A stretch of 64,000 nt of DNA from Lama guanicoe (Eukaryota). Every line of letters starts with the position of its first letter. The first letter of the stretch is position 1. Positions 11,621 to 24,867 of the stretch are shown here, one piece after another. The translations under genes were made by a program, and so were the position numbers. The notes beneath the pieces are model-generated. The model ran no database searches. It saw nothing but the letters and a program-made list of their open reading frames with translations, and was not told where the DNA came from. Where the stretch lies: the NCBI GenBank assembly GCA_013239625.1, contig MU054338.1:2978977-3042976 (forward strand), given 5' to 3'.

Positions 11621-13739
11621 CTCCGCCCCCACCTCGACAACCCCCCCCAACCAAGCTGGGCCGGAGCCGCGCAAAACCCGGCCCGGAGCGAAGGCGGCGC
11701 GGAACGGAGGGCGGAGCCTGGTGGGCGGCTGGAGCCGCTGGGGCGGGGATGGGGGTGGTGGAGGAGCAACCCAAGAGAAGACACCCTGCTTTTGTCCAGA
11801 TGGAGGGCCTAATTGCCGCTCCTTCCCGACTTACTGCCCTGGTTCACTCTGGCCAGACCCGCAGCCCCAGGATCCATCTCCCATCAGATCTGAGAGGATG
11901 ACAAGGATGCTGCAGCGGCAGGAACCCCGGGGGTCTACATGGCCTTCTTCACATATGAGGTCATTTATTGAATCCACAGCCATTATATTTAACAGCACTC
12001 AGTAGACATGCGAGGAAACTGAGGCATGGGGGGCATCTTGTCCAAGGTCACCCAGTTAGAAAGCGGCAGACCTGGGATTTGAACAGAGCAGGCTGGCTGC
12101 ATAGACCATGGGACCCAGCCCTAGAGGCTGCCTTTTGTCAGGCCAGATGGGGCCTGACCCTGAAGCAGGATCCTAGGTGGCTGCAGCATCTCCTCAGCCA
12201 GTGGGGCGCACTCCTGCCCCCCGCCCCCACCTGTGGGACTCCAAGACAAATTGGTTTTCCTGTTTCAGAGACCTCCCATAACCTCCCTAGCCCCTATGAC
12301 GCTGGAACAGCGGGAGCCCCTCTCTGTCCAAAGCACCTCCCCATGTGGGTGACTGTGTATGTCTCCCCGCTGAGCTGCATGCTGTCCTGGTCCCTCTGGC
12401 ATCTCCAGTATACAGTATAACAGAGGTGCTCGATAACGTTTAATTGTTATGTATTCCCTTGACATTTCTTGCACACTTACTGTGTGCTTATGCTGACACA
12501 TAAATCACATCATTCAGTCCTCAGGGCAGCTGCATGAGGCTCCTGCGGATGGGAAACTGAGGCACAGAGAGGGCGACTGGCTCGCATTCGTCTTCTCGCC
12601 TCTGATTAGTGAGCATCTGTGATGTGTGACTGGCCTGCTATGTCCCACCCATGGCCCCCAGCTGTACGGCAGCGCAGGCAGGCTGTGTGGCCTCCCAGTG
12701 GCACACACACGCAGTGGGGACGTGGAGGTCAGAACTTGAACCCCGCTCTGCAAGTCGCACTGGGTCCTGGGCCACCTGCAGCCTCCCTGGCATCCATGGA
12801 GACAACCGGGTTCTTCCAGGGCCCTCAGCATCTGCCCAGGGGCTGTCCTGGTAACCACAAACCTCCGCCAGCAGCCAGGCCTTCCTGCCAGTGGTTTTTC
12901 TCTGACACACTTTCCGGCCCAGCCAGAGCATCAGGCAAATCAGCCAGCACCTGCCCTCGTCCAGACCCTACCCCATGTGCCACCCCCCACCCCGGAGAGA
13001 CTGAGGCCTGCCTGACGAGAGGGGGCTAAGTCCCAGCACCTCAGCTTGGTATTTGCCTCCCACCTCCACACCATTATGCATTCAGGGCCCATCCCCTGGC
13101 ATGCCCTCCCACCTCCAGCCTTTCCCTAACTGGGCTCCTCTGCAACCTATTTCTTCAACAGACATTTATTGAGCACCTACTGTGTGTCAAGTCCTGGCCT
13201 GAGCAGTCAACAAGGCAAACTGTCTCCTTGCCCACAGTCTAGCAGGGGAGACAGAAGAATGATTGGCGGCAGAACTCAAGGTATAAGTACTGGCTGAGAT
13301 AGAGAAGAGCATCGTGGGGGCTCAGGAGAACCACAAGGTGATTTTGGGGCCATAGAAGGACCACAGACAGATTTGGCAGAGCACATGGGGTGCAGGGGGT
13401 GGTGGGAAGGGTATTCTAGGCAGAGGGACCTGCTTAGACAAAGGCCCTGAGAGAGGCCTCACCCCTGCAGGACGCTCAGCTGCCACCCAGGCTCAGCAGC
13501 CATGAATGAGTCTTTCATGTCCTGGACCAGGCAAGGTCAGACTGGGCTGCTCCCTCCCCTGCCCTGGGCTCCTGACTGTCTGAGCCTTGACCTGGAGGAG
13601 GGTGGCAGGAAGTTCACCGCTTGCCCCAGGCCCGTGGAGGGGCAAGGCCTCGCCCGAGGTCACCAGCGCCAGCAGCACCCTCCTAGTTGTGTGACTCTGA
13701 GCAGAGCCCCGCCCCTCTGGTCCTCAGTTTCTCAGGCAG

Positions 13740-14600
13740 GGTTGAGCTGCGCTGCGCTCCCGTCCAGCTCCGACCCGGGAGGAATCCAGTGCGTGTTTTG
13801 CGGATGCCCGCGGCCACTAACACCTCTTCCCAGAGCGGCCGGTCTGCGGCCCCGGGTCCAAGGGCTCCCGGGGAGACCTGGAGTGGGTCAAGAGGCCTTT
13901 GGAGCCCTCAGGATGGACTGAGGCTAAGTCTGGTCCTGGTGCCTGGAGTCTGCGGGGAAGAAAAACCCCGCCCCGCTGCCTGCGCACTCCCCATCAGCGC
14001 TCCCTGCCTCGCCACCCTGCTGTGTGACTCTCGCCGGCCCCTGCCCCTCTCTGGGCCGCTCAGGACACAGGCCAATGGGCAGAGGCTCGGAGAGGTCAAC
14101 AAGATCCCGCCCCCTTCCAGGAGGGTCCCAGCCTAGGTTTCTCCAGTCAGGTCCGGGCCCTCTTTTAAGCCCAGGCTGGGGGTCGTAGCTGCTGGGTCGA
14201 ACCTCGGGTCACGGCTCGGGCCTGGGAATTCCCCGGGGGCTCGGAAAGGGCAGCTCCGATTGGCTGAGGCCGCCTGTGACGTCAGGGCCTCCCCGACGCC
14301 CCCTCCCCCAGAGGCACGTGGGGGCGGCCCTAGCAGGGGAGGGGCCCGGGGTCCCGGAGGATTCGGGGTGTCCCCCTAGTCTGAGCCGGCAGCTGGGCAG
14401 CGCAGACGCGATTCTCCTCGGACAGATTTTTCCCTCGTCCCAAATCCCCCTCCAACCCCCCTAGAACGGCAGCTGTTCCGGCGGCAGATGCGCTGGCTAA
14501 ATCCGCCCAGCTGGTCCCTCCGCAGAGCTAACCGCCTAGAGCCCATGGTTGGGGGTAGGGGTGTGTGTCGCATGCGGGGGTAGGGGGCATGGCCGTGACC
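13740..14600. promoter_or_regulatory. CpG-rich promoter/enhancer-like element
   Basis: GGGAATTCCC (14224-14233), ATTGG (14259), TGACGTCA (14277-14284), CACGTG (14315-14320) and a GC-box-like site, all within ~110 bp. Confidence 0.6.
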
Positions 14601-15289
14601 CATCCCTGCCCCTTGCCCTTTGACCTCTGGCTGCTCGCAGGGGAGGGTGGGAGCTCCTCTCATGGACTCTTTCTCAGATTCAAAGATACTCCTGGGGCCC
14701 CTGGAGGATTTGGGAGACCTGGTGCCCATAGAGGGAGTGGCCCTTTCCAGAGACTACGCAGCACCTCTGGACCTGCTACCCAGAAAATGCCCCATATTGT
14801 TCATGTAATATTTATAATGATGAGCTAACATTTATTGAGCATCTACTGTATATAGCCCCATGATTCTAGAGCATAGCTATTGTTATTATCCCATTTTTAG
14901 TGTGGAAACTGAGGCCAGAGAGAAATGGCTTGGCCACTCACATAGCCAGGAAGTGAAGCTGGAATTTGAACCCTATGCTTTTAATCATTTCCATGGGCTC
15001 AGGGAACCCCTAGCTTGGAAGGTTCTTAAGGCAAGTGACTTGGGGTCACTCACTTGAGTGGGGTCTTGATGACTCTTCCTTGTCCTCTGCCTGGGCACCT
15101 CTGAGCCCGGCACAGATCCTCCCTCTCTTACTTCTTCAGCCACATAATGGGTGCCACTCTCATCTGGAAGCACTGAGGATCCAGGGGGGCTTCCTGGAGG
15201 AGGAGGAGGCTCCACTCTGAAATGGTGGGGGTATAGCTGTTAAGGGCTTGATGGTATTGCTGAATATGTAGTTTCTATACTGAGCCTGT

Positions 15290-16215
15290 ACTGCCCCAGG
15301 GCCTTTGCACTTGCTGTCCTCTGCCTGGAATGTTCTCCCCATGTGGCCCCTCTGCTCCTCCAAGTCTCAGCTCAAATGTCATCTCTACAGTGAGGCCACC
15401 CTGACCTTGCACCTACAGCAACATGCTGTCCCTTTCTATCTTTTTACCTTGCTTTGGTTTTCTTCATTCTATTTTTCACAACCATTGTTTATTGTCTCCC
15501 CTACAGCATCATTGTGTTCCCTGCTGAAGCCCCATTCCAGAGCAGCACCTAGCACACAATAGGTACTTAATAAATGCTTGTTATCCAGAAATCTCAGGGA
15601 CATGGGCAGAATCTAGGTTGGAAGGCAGAGGGCAGCCATGGGGAAGGTGCATCTGGTAATTCTGTCTTGGTGTGTCTAGGAGCCTAGGCCATGGCCCTGT
15701 CCTGTGCCCCTATCCGGTCCTCCCCAAGCCCCACCTCCTTTTGCCCCTCCCCCATCATTCTGCTTCAGGCACATTGGACTTCTCCCTCTTCACTGTTCCT
15801 CCAACATGTCAGACACCATCCAGCCTCAGTGCCCTTGCACTGGCTGTTGCCTCCACCTGATCGAGGCATTCTTCCTCCAGCTCTCTGAATGACCCCTTCC
15901 CTGGCTACTCCAGGTCTCAGCTCAAATGCTCCCCTGACATCCCCCACCTAAATAATCACTCCCAAATAGTCACTCCCTTTTCTCTGTTTGGATTGCTTTG
16001 CTGTACTTTTTGCCAATAGAATTTCTTGTACCCATTTACTTATTCTTTCCCATTCCTCTCCCCTGGCCCCATCCCTACCTCCTGTCATCTCTGCCAGGGC
16101 AGGGCCAGAATCTGCCTTGGTCTTGGCTGTGCCCCTGGGGCCTAGAACAGGGCCTGGCACCCAGCAAGCACTCAATAAATATGTTGAACAAATGAATGAA
16201 TGAATGAATGAATGG
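15290..16215 (+). mobile_element. Two adjacent L2 fragments, ending in a (GAAT)n tail
   Basis: cagggcctttgcacttgctgtcctctgcctggaatg; ctcagctcaaatgtc; cctggcacccagcaagcactcaataaatatgttgaacaaatgaatgaatg. Confidence 0.85.
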
Positions 16216-17299
16216 GGGCCTGATAGCTCTCTAGTACCTGCCTTCATTGTACAGAAGGGGAAGTTGAGGCCCAGCCGGGCAGGAGGCGAGCCCAGGGTCA
16301 CTCAATTCCCTCATTAGCAAAATGAGGCACCTTTTCTGGCTGGGGGAGGAGTATCCAGTGAAGTAATCATCTCAGGAGCACTTATTAAGTGCCTGCTGTG
16401 TTCACTGCATGGCTTCAGGTATTGTATACATTTTGAGCCAGAGCAGGATTTAAACCCAGGATGCCTGGCCCCTGAGTTTGCCCAAGTCCCCCTCCACTGC
16501 AGTGGAGAAGGTGTGTGTGAGGCCTGAGCACAGAGTATACCTTCAGCCAGGCAGCCAGCGGGGATGGCTGAGGGCTGCCCAGCCTGAGACACTCTCTCCA
16601 GCCCCTTGGACCCAGGGTTGTGGCTTGAGCTGACTGTGTGTCTGGCTAGAGCTCAAGCCAGACACTTAAAGCACCACACATACCCTGAGGAAACAGTACA
16701 GAGAGAAGCAGCAGGATCCACTCCCTGATTTGTGAGTGGAAATTAATTACAGCACTTCCTCCCACTCAGAACCAATGACATCCCCAGAAAGGCCTGGGAA
16801 TGTCCAGGGTCATCACAGAACCCCTCTGCCCACCTGCACCCTGTACTTCCTGCACAAGTCGAAGTGGCGAAGCACACAGAGACCTTCCAGCTCCCTGGGT
16901 CTGTTCTTGGGTATGGAGAGGAAACTGAAGCACAGAAAGGGCAAGAGGCCAGTGTCACTTGAGGGGAAGGAGAAAAGTGTCACATTCTCCCTGTTCAAAA
17001 TCTACCCTCCCCTGGGCCACCTGTCCCAGCCTAGCCAACACGTGGAGCTCAGTTCCACCTCAGGGCTTTCGCACTTGCCGCTTCCTCTTCTCGGGAAGGT
17101 CTTCATGTGCTTGGTCAATGTCCTGTTCTCCGAGAGGCCTTGCCTGACCATCCCAGGAGAAAGAGGGGACAACCGTTTTCCACTGTCTCTTTTCTTTCCT
17201 CTAAAATCATCTTGTTCATTCATTTAAAAATCAGAGACGGGGTGGTGAGCTGCCCTTCATCGGAAGCAAGCAAGCTGGTGGAAGAATGGTTGCTGTCTC

Positions 17300-17660
17300 T
17301 GCAGGAGATTCTGACACCTGCTACAGCGTGGATGGACCTTGAGGACGTGATATTCAGTGAAAGAAGCCAGTCACAGAAGAACAAATACCGTGTGATTCCA
17401 CCCACAGGAGGTCCCTAGAGGGGTCACATCCACAGAGACAGAAAGTAGATGGTGGGGCCGGGGCTGGGGGAGGGGCTGGGGAGTGAGTGTTTCAGGGGGA
17501 GTTTCAGTTTGGGAAGATGGACAAGTTTTGGGTCTAGATGGTGGTGAAAGCTACAGAACGAATGTGAATGTATTTAATGCCACTGAATTGAATACTTAGA
17601 AATGGTTAACAAAGAAATACTACACTATACATACTTTACCACAATTAAAAAAAAAATAAA
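17300..17660 (+). mobile_element. L1M (L1MB-like) 3' end
   Basis: tggatggaccttgaggacgtgatattcagtgaaagaagccagtcacag...gacagaaagtagatggtgg...ccactgaattg...ttaccacaattaaaaaaa. Confidence 0.82.
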
Positions 17661-18079
17661 AACTCTTATGGTGAAAAAAAAAATACCCAGACCAGACAGC
17701 CACAGTAGAGGGTGTGTGTGAATGACCTCAGCTGGTGGCAATTCCGTCATTGCTACCAAGGCTGTCAACTCAAGTGACGCTGACGTTGCCGTGTGGAGGT
17801 GCAGTTGGTGGGCTCTGAGCTCACCCTGCACACCCAGGCTCCTTGTACCCTTAGGGCCCTGCCTGGGACAAGCTCAGCTTGCTCCGATGTCTTCAGGAAG
17901 CAGAATTGAGCCCGTGGGTCTTGACCCTCTTCGCCTATTTAGTCAGCTAACTTTATTGAGCACCTACTGTGTACCAGGCTCTGCTGGCTGGTGCTGGGGA
18001 CACAGTGGTGACCAAGACAGAGCCAGGTTTTATCCTGCCAATGCTCACAGCCCATCGCAGGAGATTAACTTCCTTAACA

Positions 18080-18760
18080 AGTATTAACTGAGTACTTACT
18101 GGACACCTAGCTTGTTCTAGTCACTGCGACCCAGCAGCGAACAGAATAAATAAAAGTCTCTGGCCTTATGGAGCTGACGTCCCAATGGGATTGACAGATA
18201 AACAACATAAATTAGTGAGAGCTATCCTGAGCCAGATGATGCTAAGGAGAAAAATTAAGCCAGGAAAGAAGATGAGGAGTGATATTGGGAGAGATATTAA
18301 GCAGGTGGTCAGGGAAAACCTCATGGAGGAGGTGACACCTGAGCAGAGACCTGAAGGAGGTAAGGGAGAAAATTATGCAGGGCAGGGGAAGAGCAGAGGG
18401 AACTGCATGTGCAAAGGCCCTGGGACAGGATCCTGTTGAAGAAACAGCGAGGAGGCCCATGTGGCTGGAGCAGAATGAGTGAGGGGGAGAGAGGGAGGAG
18501 GGGAGGGCAGAGAGGTATTGGGGTCAAGGGGGAAAGTTCAGATTTTATTTCAAGGGCACAGGGAGCCATGGGAGAGTGTACAGTGAGCAGGTGAGATGAT
18601 CTGATTTAACTTTTAAAAAGGTCCCTCTGGCTGCCTTGCAGAGGACGATGCACCCAGGGCAGGAATGGGCCCAGAGGAACAAGAGGGAAGGTGACTGCAC
18701 CAGTCTAGGGGAGCAACATGGGGGCCTACACCAGGGCAAGGGCTGAGGAGGTAGAGAAAA
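18080..18760 (-). mobile_element. L2 fragment
   Basis: ggaggaggtgacacctgagcagagacctgaagg; tgtgcaaaggccctgg; atggagctgac. Confidence 0.8.
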
Positions 18761-19761
18761 ATAGGCAGATATGAGAGGCATTTTGGATGCAAAGACATGG
18801 GACTTGGGGAGCAAGAAGAGAGAAGAATCCAGGAGGGCTCTGAACTCCTTCCCTTGCAACACCCTCCCCTGTTTGGCTCTTCACTCCCCATCTCTCTCAT
18901 CTTTCATTGAGCTCAACTCATATCACCTCCTCCAGGAAGCCCTTCTGACTGCCCTGGCCAAGTCTAAACAGTCTGCCTTGGTCCTGCCAGCTTCCCAGCG
19001 CCCAACAGAACGCAGAAGTCCTATGTGTTCCCTGAGAAGGAGGAAAGATTCCAGGGTTCTGGAATTCAAAGATTTCTACAAACCAGTAATCCTCACCTCT
19101 GGGCTTAGAATCTCATCTGCATCTCCCAGGGATGGGTCCAGTGATGCCCCTCTTTTCTCAGTCACCTGGCAGAGGGAGAGGAAAGCAGAAGAGGTTGAGT
19201 TCATTGGGGGAAACTGAGGCACTGCCAGCCACTTCCCTCCACTGCTTTCCAGTAGGGGGTCCTTGGGTTTGGGGGCTTCGGCTCAGCTACTGGAGTGGGA
19301 GCCTAGCCAGGAAATATCTGGAGTGGGAGAGAGGCGAGGCCAGGAGGGGCTAGAAAAGTGTCTATTTTTCTTCCTGCAGCTGTATTTATAGATTCCCTTT
19401 GATGTCCCAGCGGTTGGCTGACCTGGTTCTCAGCTGCTGCAGGAGGAAGATAGGTTCTCGGTGCTGCTTCTCAGAGCTGGGTGGGGGTGCCTGGATGTGG
19501 AGAGAGAGGTGTGCATAGACTGGGTCCCCAGGCCTGGGACAGGGGAGGCAGGGAGCTGGCCTCAGTTTCCCCACTCGCCAGATGGGGCTATCAGTGTACA
19601 GTTCTCAGCAAGTTGAAAGCGTGACTGGTCACAGCGTAGAGTAAACGCTCATCAGTGATTAATTATTATTCAGGGAACCAGTTAAATGGTCAAGCTGGTT
19701 CTGAGAGCATTGAAGGAACTGGGTATTTATCAGGATTTTTCTTTCTTAAGAATGTTGGTGG

Positions 19762-19920
19762 TGGGGAGGTTATAGCTCTGTGTTAGACTGTATGCTTAGC
19801 ATACGCGAGGTCCTGTGTTCAATCCCCAGTACCTCCATCAAAATGAATAGATAAATAAATAGATAAACAAACAAACAAACATACCTAATTATCTCCCCCC
19901 GACCAACAAAACAAAACAAA
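19762..19920 (+). mobile_element. tRNA-Ala-derived camelid-type SINE (Vic-1-like)
   Basis: Head ggggaggttatagctc...gttcaatccccagtacctcc, then an (AAAT/AAAC)n segment, cctaattatctccccc and an A tail. Flanked by the repeat aagaatgt (19748 and 19921). Confidence 0.88.
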
Positions 19921-20104
19921 AAGAATGTCAGAATGAGATTAGGCTGGATACACACTAGTGACTGTCCTATATGCAACAGACTATAATTGCAGTTTTTTCA
20001 CCAGACAGAAATCTACAAGTTAACTGTAACTTCCCAGGGTCTGGGCACTAATCAGATGAACAGGAGCAAAGTCAAGCAGAAGCATTTTCTCATAGAACCA
20101 CGAA

Positions 20105-20306
20105 GATCAATAGAACTTTATGTGATGATGGATATATTTAAACTCACTTTCCAATACGGCAGCCATCGGCCATGGGGCTTTTGAGCACTAAGACTGTGGC
20201 TAGTCTGAGTGAGGAATTGGATTTCTAATTTTATTTAATTTCAGTTGATTTAAATTTGAAGGGACATTGTCATACGTGGCTGGTGGCACCATTTTGGACA
20301 GTGCAG
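20105..20306. mobile_element. hAT-Charlie DNA transposon (MER3-like)
   Basis: caatagaactttatgtgatgatgga...tgtggctagt...gtggctggtggcaccattttggacagtgcag. Confidence 0.75.
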
Positions 20307-21819
20307 CAAAAATGAAGTCATCTGTGTTGGACATAGACAATACCACCTGGGGAACATGGAAAGCCCAGGCTGCACCCCCTCTTCCTTCATTTCCAAGTTT
20401 TGTATGAATTTTCTTAACAGGTATAATAACATAACAGCAGCAGTTATAACAGCAGCCCTGTTCATGGAGTGCTCCCAGTGTGCTAGGTGTTCTCACACAG
20501 AAACCAGAGAGATATCTTGTTGACCCCAGCGGATCTTTGTGACTTTGGGCAAATTGCTTATCTTCTCTGGGCCTCAGTTTCCACATCTGTAAAAAGGGAC
20601 CATATTTAGTTTGGGGGAGAATTAAATGAGTTAATCCTATAAAGAAGGTACACAGTGAGCACACAGTATGTGTTATTGTAGTTATTATTGATTGGGTGAT
20701 TTCATCCTGTGAGTCACATAAGCTCACTCTGTGCCTCAGTTTTCACATCTATAAAATGGGGTCACCTTGGGAACTCAGAATCCTACTATAAGATGGAGTT
20801 TATTCATAGAAAGGCTCTAAACATGGCCCCAGGCACAGAATATGCACTGAGGATGTGTCAGCTGTTATTAGCATTGGTGATGGCAGTGACCAGAGAGGTT
20901 GACTAACTTTCCCAAGGCCACACAGCCAAGCAATGCCAGGACTAGGAGGTGAAGTGGGGTCTTTCCAGCTTAGGTTGGGAGCAATGCCAGGGCTCTCCAT
21001 GAGGTCAAGAGGGACAGCGTTAGGCCTCTGAAGACCTGGCGCCCAGGCTCCAGGGTTAAGCCCCTGTGGCAGCTGAACTTCCGTGAAACTACTCCTCTGA
21101 AATCCCTGGGAAGCAAGGCATCAGGTGTTCCGGAACAGGCGCCTGCTCTTGACAGGCGGGCACACACATAGAGGGACAGCTGGTTGAGGATGGGTGGGCC
21201 AGGGAGGAGGGGCCCAGGGGAAGGGGGCACCTTGGCCAGAAAAATAGGTCACAAGCTGCCCCAACGCACCCACCCCCAAGGTGGGGGCTACAAAGCTTCT
21301 CTTTCATGACAACCCTCTAGAACCTCAATTCCTTCATCAACATTTGGCAAATATTTATGGCACGCCTGTTGTGTTCCAGGTGCCCTGCTGAGGACTCCCG
21401 TCGAGGACTGGGAAACTAAGGCTCAGAAAGAAACAGTCATTGTCCAGGTTATACAGCAAATAAACAGCAAAAGCTGGGACTGCAAGCCAGAGGCTCTTGC
21501 TCCTGCCTCAGGGCCTTTGCACTCGCCGTTGTCTCTGCTGGGAACACCCTCTCTTGGCTCCTAGTGTCTCTAGCCCTCAGTTTAGATGGCACCTCCTGTG
21601 CGAAGCCTTCCTTCCTCGACCCACCGGCTCCCTGACTCCTCCTGCTGCCTGTGTGCCCCCATCACAGCCCTCTGACCCCCATCACCCCACTGCCCATCTC
21701 CCCCACTGGACCGTGAGCCCCCACAGGGGGTGCTTAGAAAGGCTGAGATAGAAGAGGAGGCTCAGTTAGAGGAGGAGGCAGGAAGGAGAGAGGGCGCTGA
21801 AAGGGGAGAGGCTGAGAGT

Positions 21820-22820
21820 GGAGGGGGCTCCGAACCCGGAGGGGGCTCAGGAAGGGGCGGGGCTTGGCGAGGGGCGGAGCTCGGCAAGGTCCTGGAGGCG
21901 CCCTGGTTCAGTTCTCTCCTGGGTCCCCTGGACGCCAGGGTCCGAAGTGTATAACGTCACCGGGATTAGCGTCCACCCAAAAACTTGGCCGCATTCCCAG
22001 GCTCAGGGTCGCCGCCCATCCCGCACCCTACCCCTGGGGTCCTTCAGGTTCCTCCGATCCTCCCTCCCCCCAGTCAGCTGTGTCCATATTTATAGCGGTG
22101 GGGGCCCAATGTCACTTCACTTCCGAAAGGGATTGTGCCCCTTAGTCCTGCCTTCAGAAGCCCCCACACCTGTTCCCGGCACGAGCCCCGTGGTCTGGGG
22201 GAGGGGCGGCCTCTCCTGGAGCCGCTGTGGGGTAGGGGCTGAGGTCCCTCCCCGCGTCGTCCCCCCCACCCGAGATCCCTCCTCCCTGAGTGTGCCTCCC
22301 GCCCCTCTCCGAGCCCTCGCGCCTCTTGGAGCCTCGTCTGATCTCAGGACTCCACCTCCCTGCCCACCAACCCCGAGCCGCTCCGTTCCCAGGCCCCCGA
22401 GGCCCCAGCGCCGCCGGCCCCCCTCCTCCCCCGGCCTGCCCATTGTTCTGGACCCGGGGTCCTGGGGGCTGGGCGGGCAGGGGTCTGCCTGCAGGGGGCG
22501 GGGCCCGCCGGCTGCCCACCCGTCTCTGGGCAACGCTGACAAACCTGGAGCGATGCTGGCCCCGCGCCGGACACAGAGGCAGCGCTGTTCCCCGGGAGGG
22601 TCCGGAGGGCACTTAGGTGACGCCAGAGATGGGGGCATTTCTAACTGCCCCAGGTCAGAGAGCGGTTGGTGGATGGGGCCATGGGAAACCCTGCGCCGGC
22701 CGCATTGCAGCCGCAGCTCATCGACGGCCCTCTTTCCAGCTCAGACCTTACTGTTTGGCGGGACCCCACATCGTCGCTTTACCCGGCTGCTCACACGTGG
22801 TCCTCATAACCCTGCCGCTG
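21820..22820. promoter_or_regulatory. Orphan intergenic CpG island
   Basis: CpG-dense, with GC boxes at ~21854 and ~21871, an ETS-like ACTTCCG at ~22119 and a CTCF-like CCTGCAGGGGGCG at 22488-22500. Confidence 0.6.
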
Positions 22821-24698
22821 GCTTTGGCAATTAAACCCACCTTTCCGATGGCAGTCTGGGAGAGCATGTGGTGACTGGAGTGGTTAAGAGACCGGGTTCT
22901 GCTGTCTCCTCCCAGCACAGCCCAAGGGATCCTCTGAGCCTCAGTTTCCTCATCTGTACAGTGGAGGCTGGATTCCACTGCCCCTGTGTGGGAAATCAGA
23001 TGCTTAGCACAGGCTGGGTCTCTCAGAGAGATGAGAGTTCAAACTCAGGTTGCCACTTACCAGCTGTGTGACAGACAAGGCCTTGTCACCTCTCTGTGCC
23101 TCAGTTTCCCCAACAATAAACCGGGAACTGTAATAGTATCTCCTTCTTAAGGTTGTGGTGACAGCTAAAGAGGTTAATACACGTACCTCCTAGGGTGTAA
23201 TAAAGCCTTCCACAATGCTAGCGGTCACTCCTGTTTTCCCTCTTGAGTCAGTGTTGTTTCTGAGACGGGCTGTTTGAGTGGTGGGAGGGGTGGGTTGTAT
23301 TCCCATGGCCTCCCTGGCTCCTGGGCATGGAATTGGAGAGTGAGGTAGGTGTGTCTAGGACTGATCCCTCTGCCTATTGAGTGACACTCCTCCCTCCATC
23401 TCCTTGGCCTGAACTTCGTAGACCACCCAGAGCCCCTCCAGGCCAGCAGGCCCCCAGCCCTCTCCTTCCAAGCAGAGGTGGTGGCGGCTTCCCCATCCAC
23501 CTGCCCAGCAGTCACCCAGGTGGGGGCCCCAGCCAGTGGCATCCTTCCCAGAATGCAGTTTCCCGGTGTGGGGGCCCCACGGGAGGGAACAGGAGAAAAT
23601 GTAGTGGGACAGAGCGCAGACACCTGACTCTTGGAAACCGGGTAGTCACTGGAGAGGAATGTGGGATCAAGGAAAGAGTTTTAAAAAGTGCCTGAACCGT
23701 GTAAATGCTCCCCAAACGGATGCTGCTAAATATACTTTTATTAGATAATAATTAAAATCGTTATCCTAATGATGGTTATTACCAGTTCCCGATGCTCTGG
23801 GCTCTAAAGTCTGTTATCCCTTTCGGCTCACAGAGGAAGAGCTAAAAGCGACAGCAGGCGGCCAGGGCCTCGCAGCCCGAGGTCTGGGCCCCGGGGCGGG
23901 GGGGGGGGGGGCCCGGGGGGGCATTGGTTTCTATTTTAATGTGTTGCATTCAAAGCCCAAGAGGCTGCAGAGTCCTGTCTCCTGGACTGCGAGCGGTAAT
24001 GAGGCTGCTCCAGGGGGGGAGGGAAAGCTAGAATCAGCTCTAGAAGCATGGTGGCTGAGGTGGGGACAGCCGCAGCAAGGCTGGGAGGTGGGAGGCCTCC
24101 AGCCTGGCCTCTTCCAGCTGCCGGTTTGCAAGCTCTGTCTGGGAAGTGCTATGTCGCAGAGCCGGGCCTGAATGCTGGCCCTGTCAGCAGCTGTGCATTT
24201 ACTGAGCACCCACTGTGTGCCAGGCTCTGGGAGCTCAGAGGCTCCTGTGACAGATATAAATGAAAGAAACTCCCAAATACATATGCAGCTGTAGCTAAGA
24301 GAGCTTCAAGGAGTCAGAAAATTGCAAGGGAGTGAGGGAGCAGAAGGGCTCTCCTGAGCAAGTGGCACTTGAGCTGAGAACGAAGGATGAGGACCAGGAG
24401 GGGGTGCCTGGCAACAGAACAGCAGGGGCAAAGGCCCCGGTGTCACATGAAGCATGGATTGTTTCAGAAGCTGGGTGGTCCCAAACACCAGGCCCCGTGT
24501 TAAGAATTTTCTAACTATTAACTTCTTTAATTCCCCTGGAAGCCCCATGGGTGTATGTACTGGGGGAGAGGGGACTGTTACAATCCCACTTTAAGATACA
24601 TGCACCCAGTGTTCACAGCAGCACTATTTACAATAGCCAGGACACGGAAACAGCCTAAGTGTCCATCGACTAATGACGGGATAAAGAAGTTGTGGTAT

Positions 24699-24815
24699 TG
24701 GGGGGAGGTGTAGCTCAGCGGTAGAGTGCACGTTTCACCCCAGTACCGCCGCTTAAATAAATAAATAAATAAATAAATAAAAATAAATCCCCCCCAGAAA
24801 AAAAGAAATAAAAAT
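24699..24815 (+). mobile_element. Vic-1-like SINE with internal deletion, nested in an L1
   Basis: ggggaggtgtagctcagcggtagagtgcac...ccccagtacc followed by (AAAT)n. TSD agaagttgtggt on both sides. Confidence 0.82.
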
Positions 24816-24824
24816 AGAAGTTGT

Positions 24825-24825
24825 G

Positions 24826-24866
<41 letters not shown>

Positions 24867-24867
24867 A
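24825..24867. repeat. Compound (TG)(TA)n(CA)n microsatellite
   Basis: Direct reading of the sequence. Confidence 0.95.

Larger units (their letters stand above)
10650..11740 (-). promoter_or_regulatory. CpG island, probable distal promoter of a minus-strand gene (likely SEMA6B); interrupted by the N gap
   Basis: Very high GC and CpG content with many GC boxes and a minus-strand donor site. Gene identity rests only on synteny with human SEMA6B-TNFAIP8L1-MYDGF. Confidence 0.75.

Noticed and set aside
10497..12005. 502-aa ORF and overlapping long ORFs on both strands
   Set aside because: They run through the N gap and a CpG island; the sequence is low-complexity Pro/Gly/Ala/Arg with no recognisable domain.
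21818..22834. 338-aa ORF
   Set aside because: CpG-island artefact with low complexity, no homology I recognise and no coding-like codon pattern.
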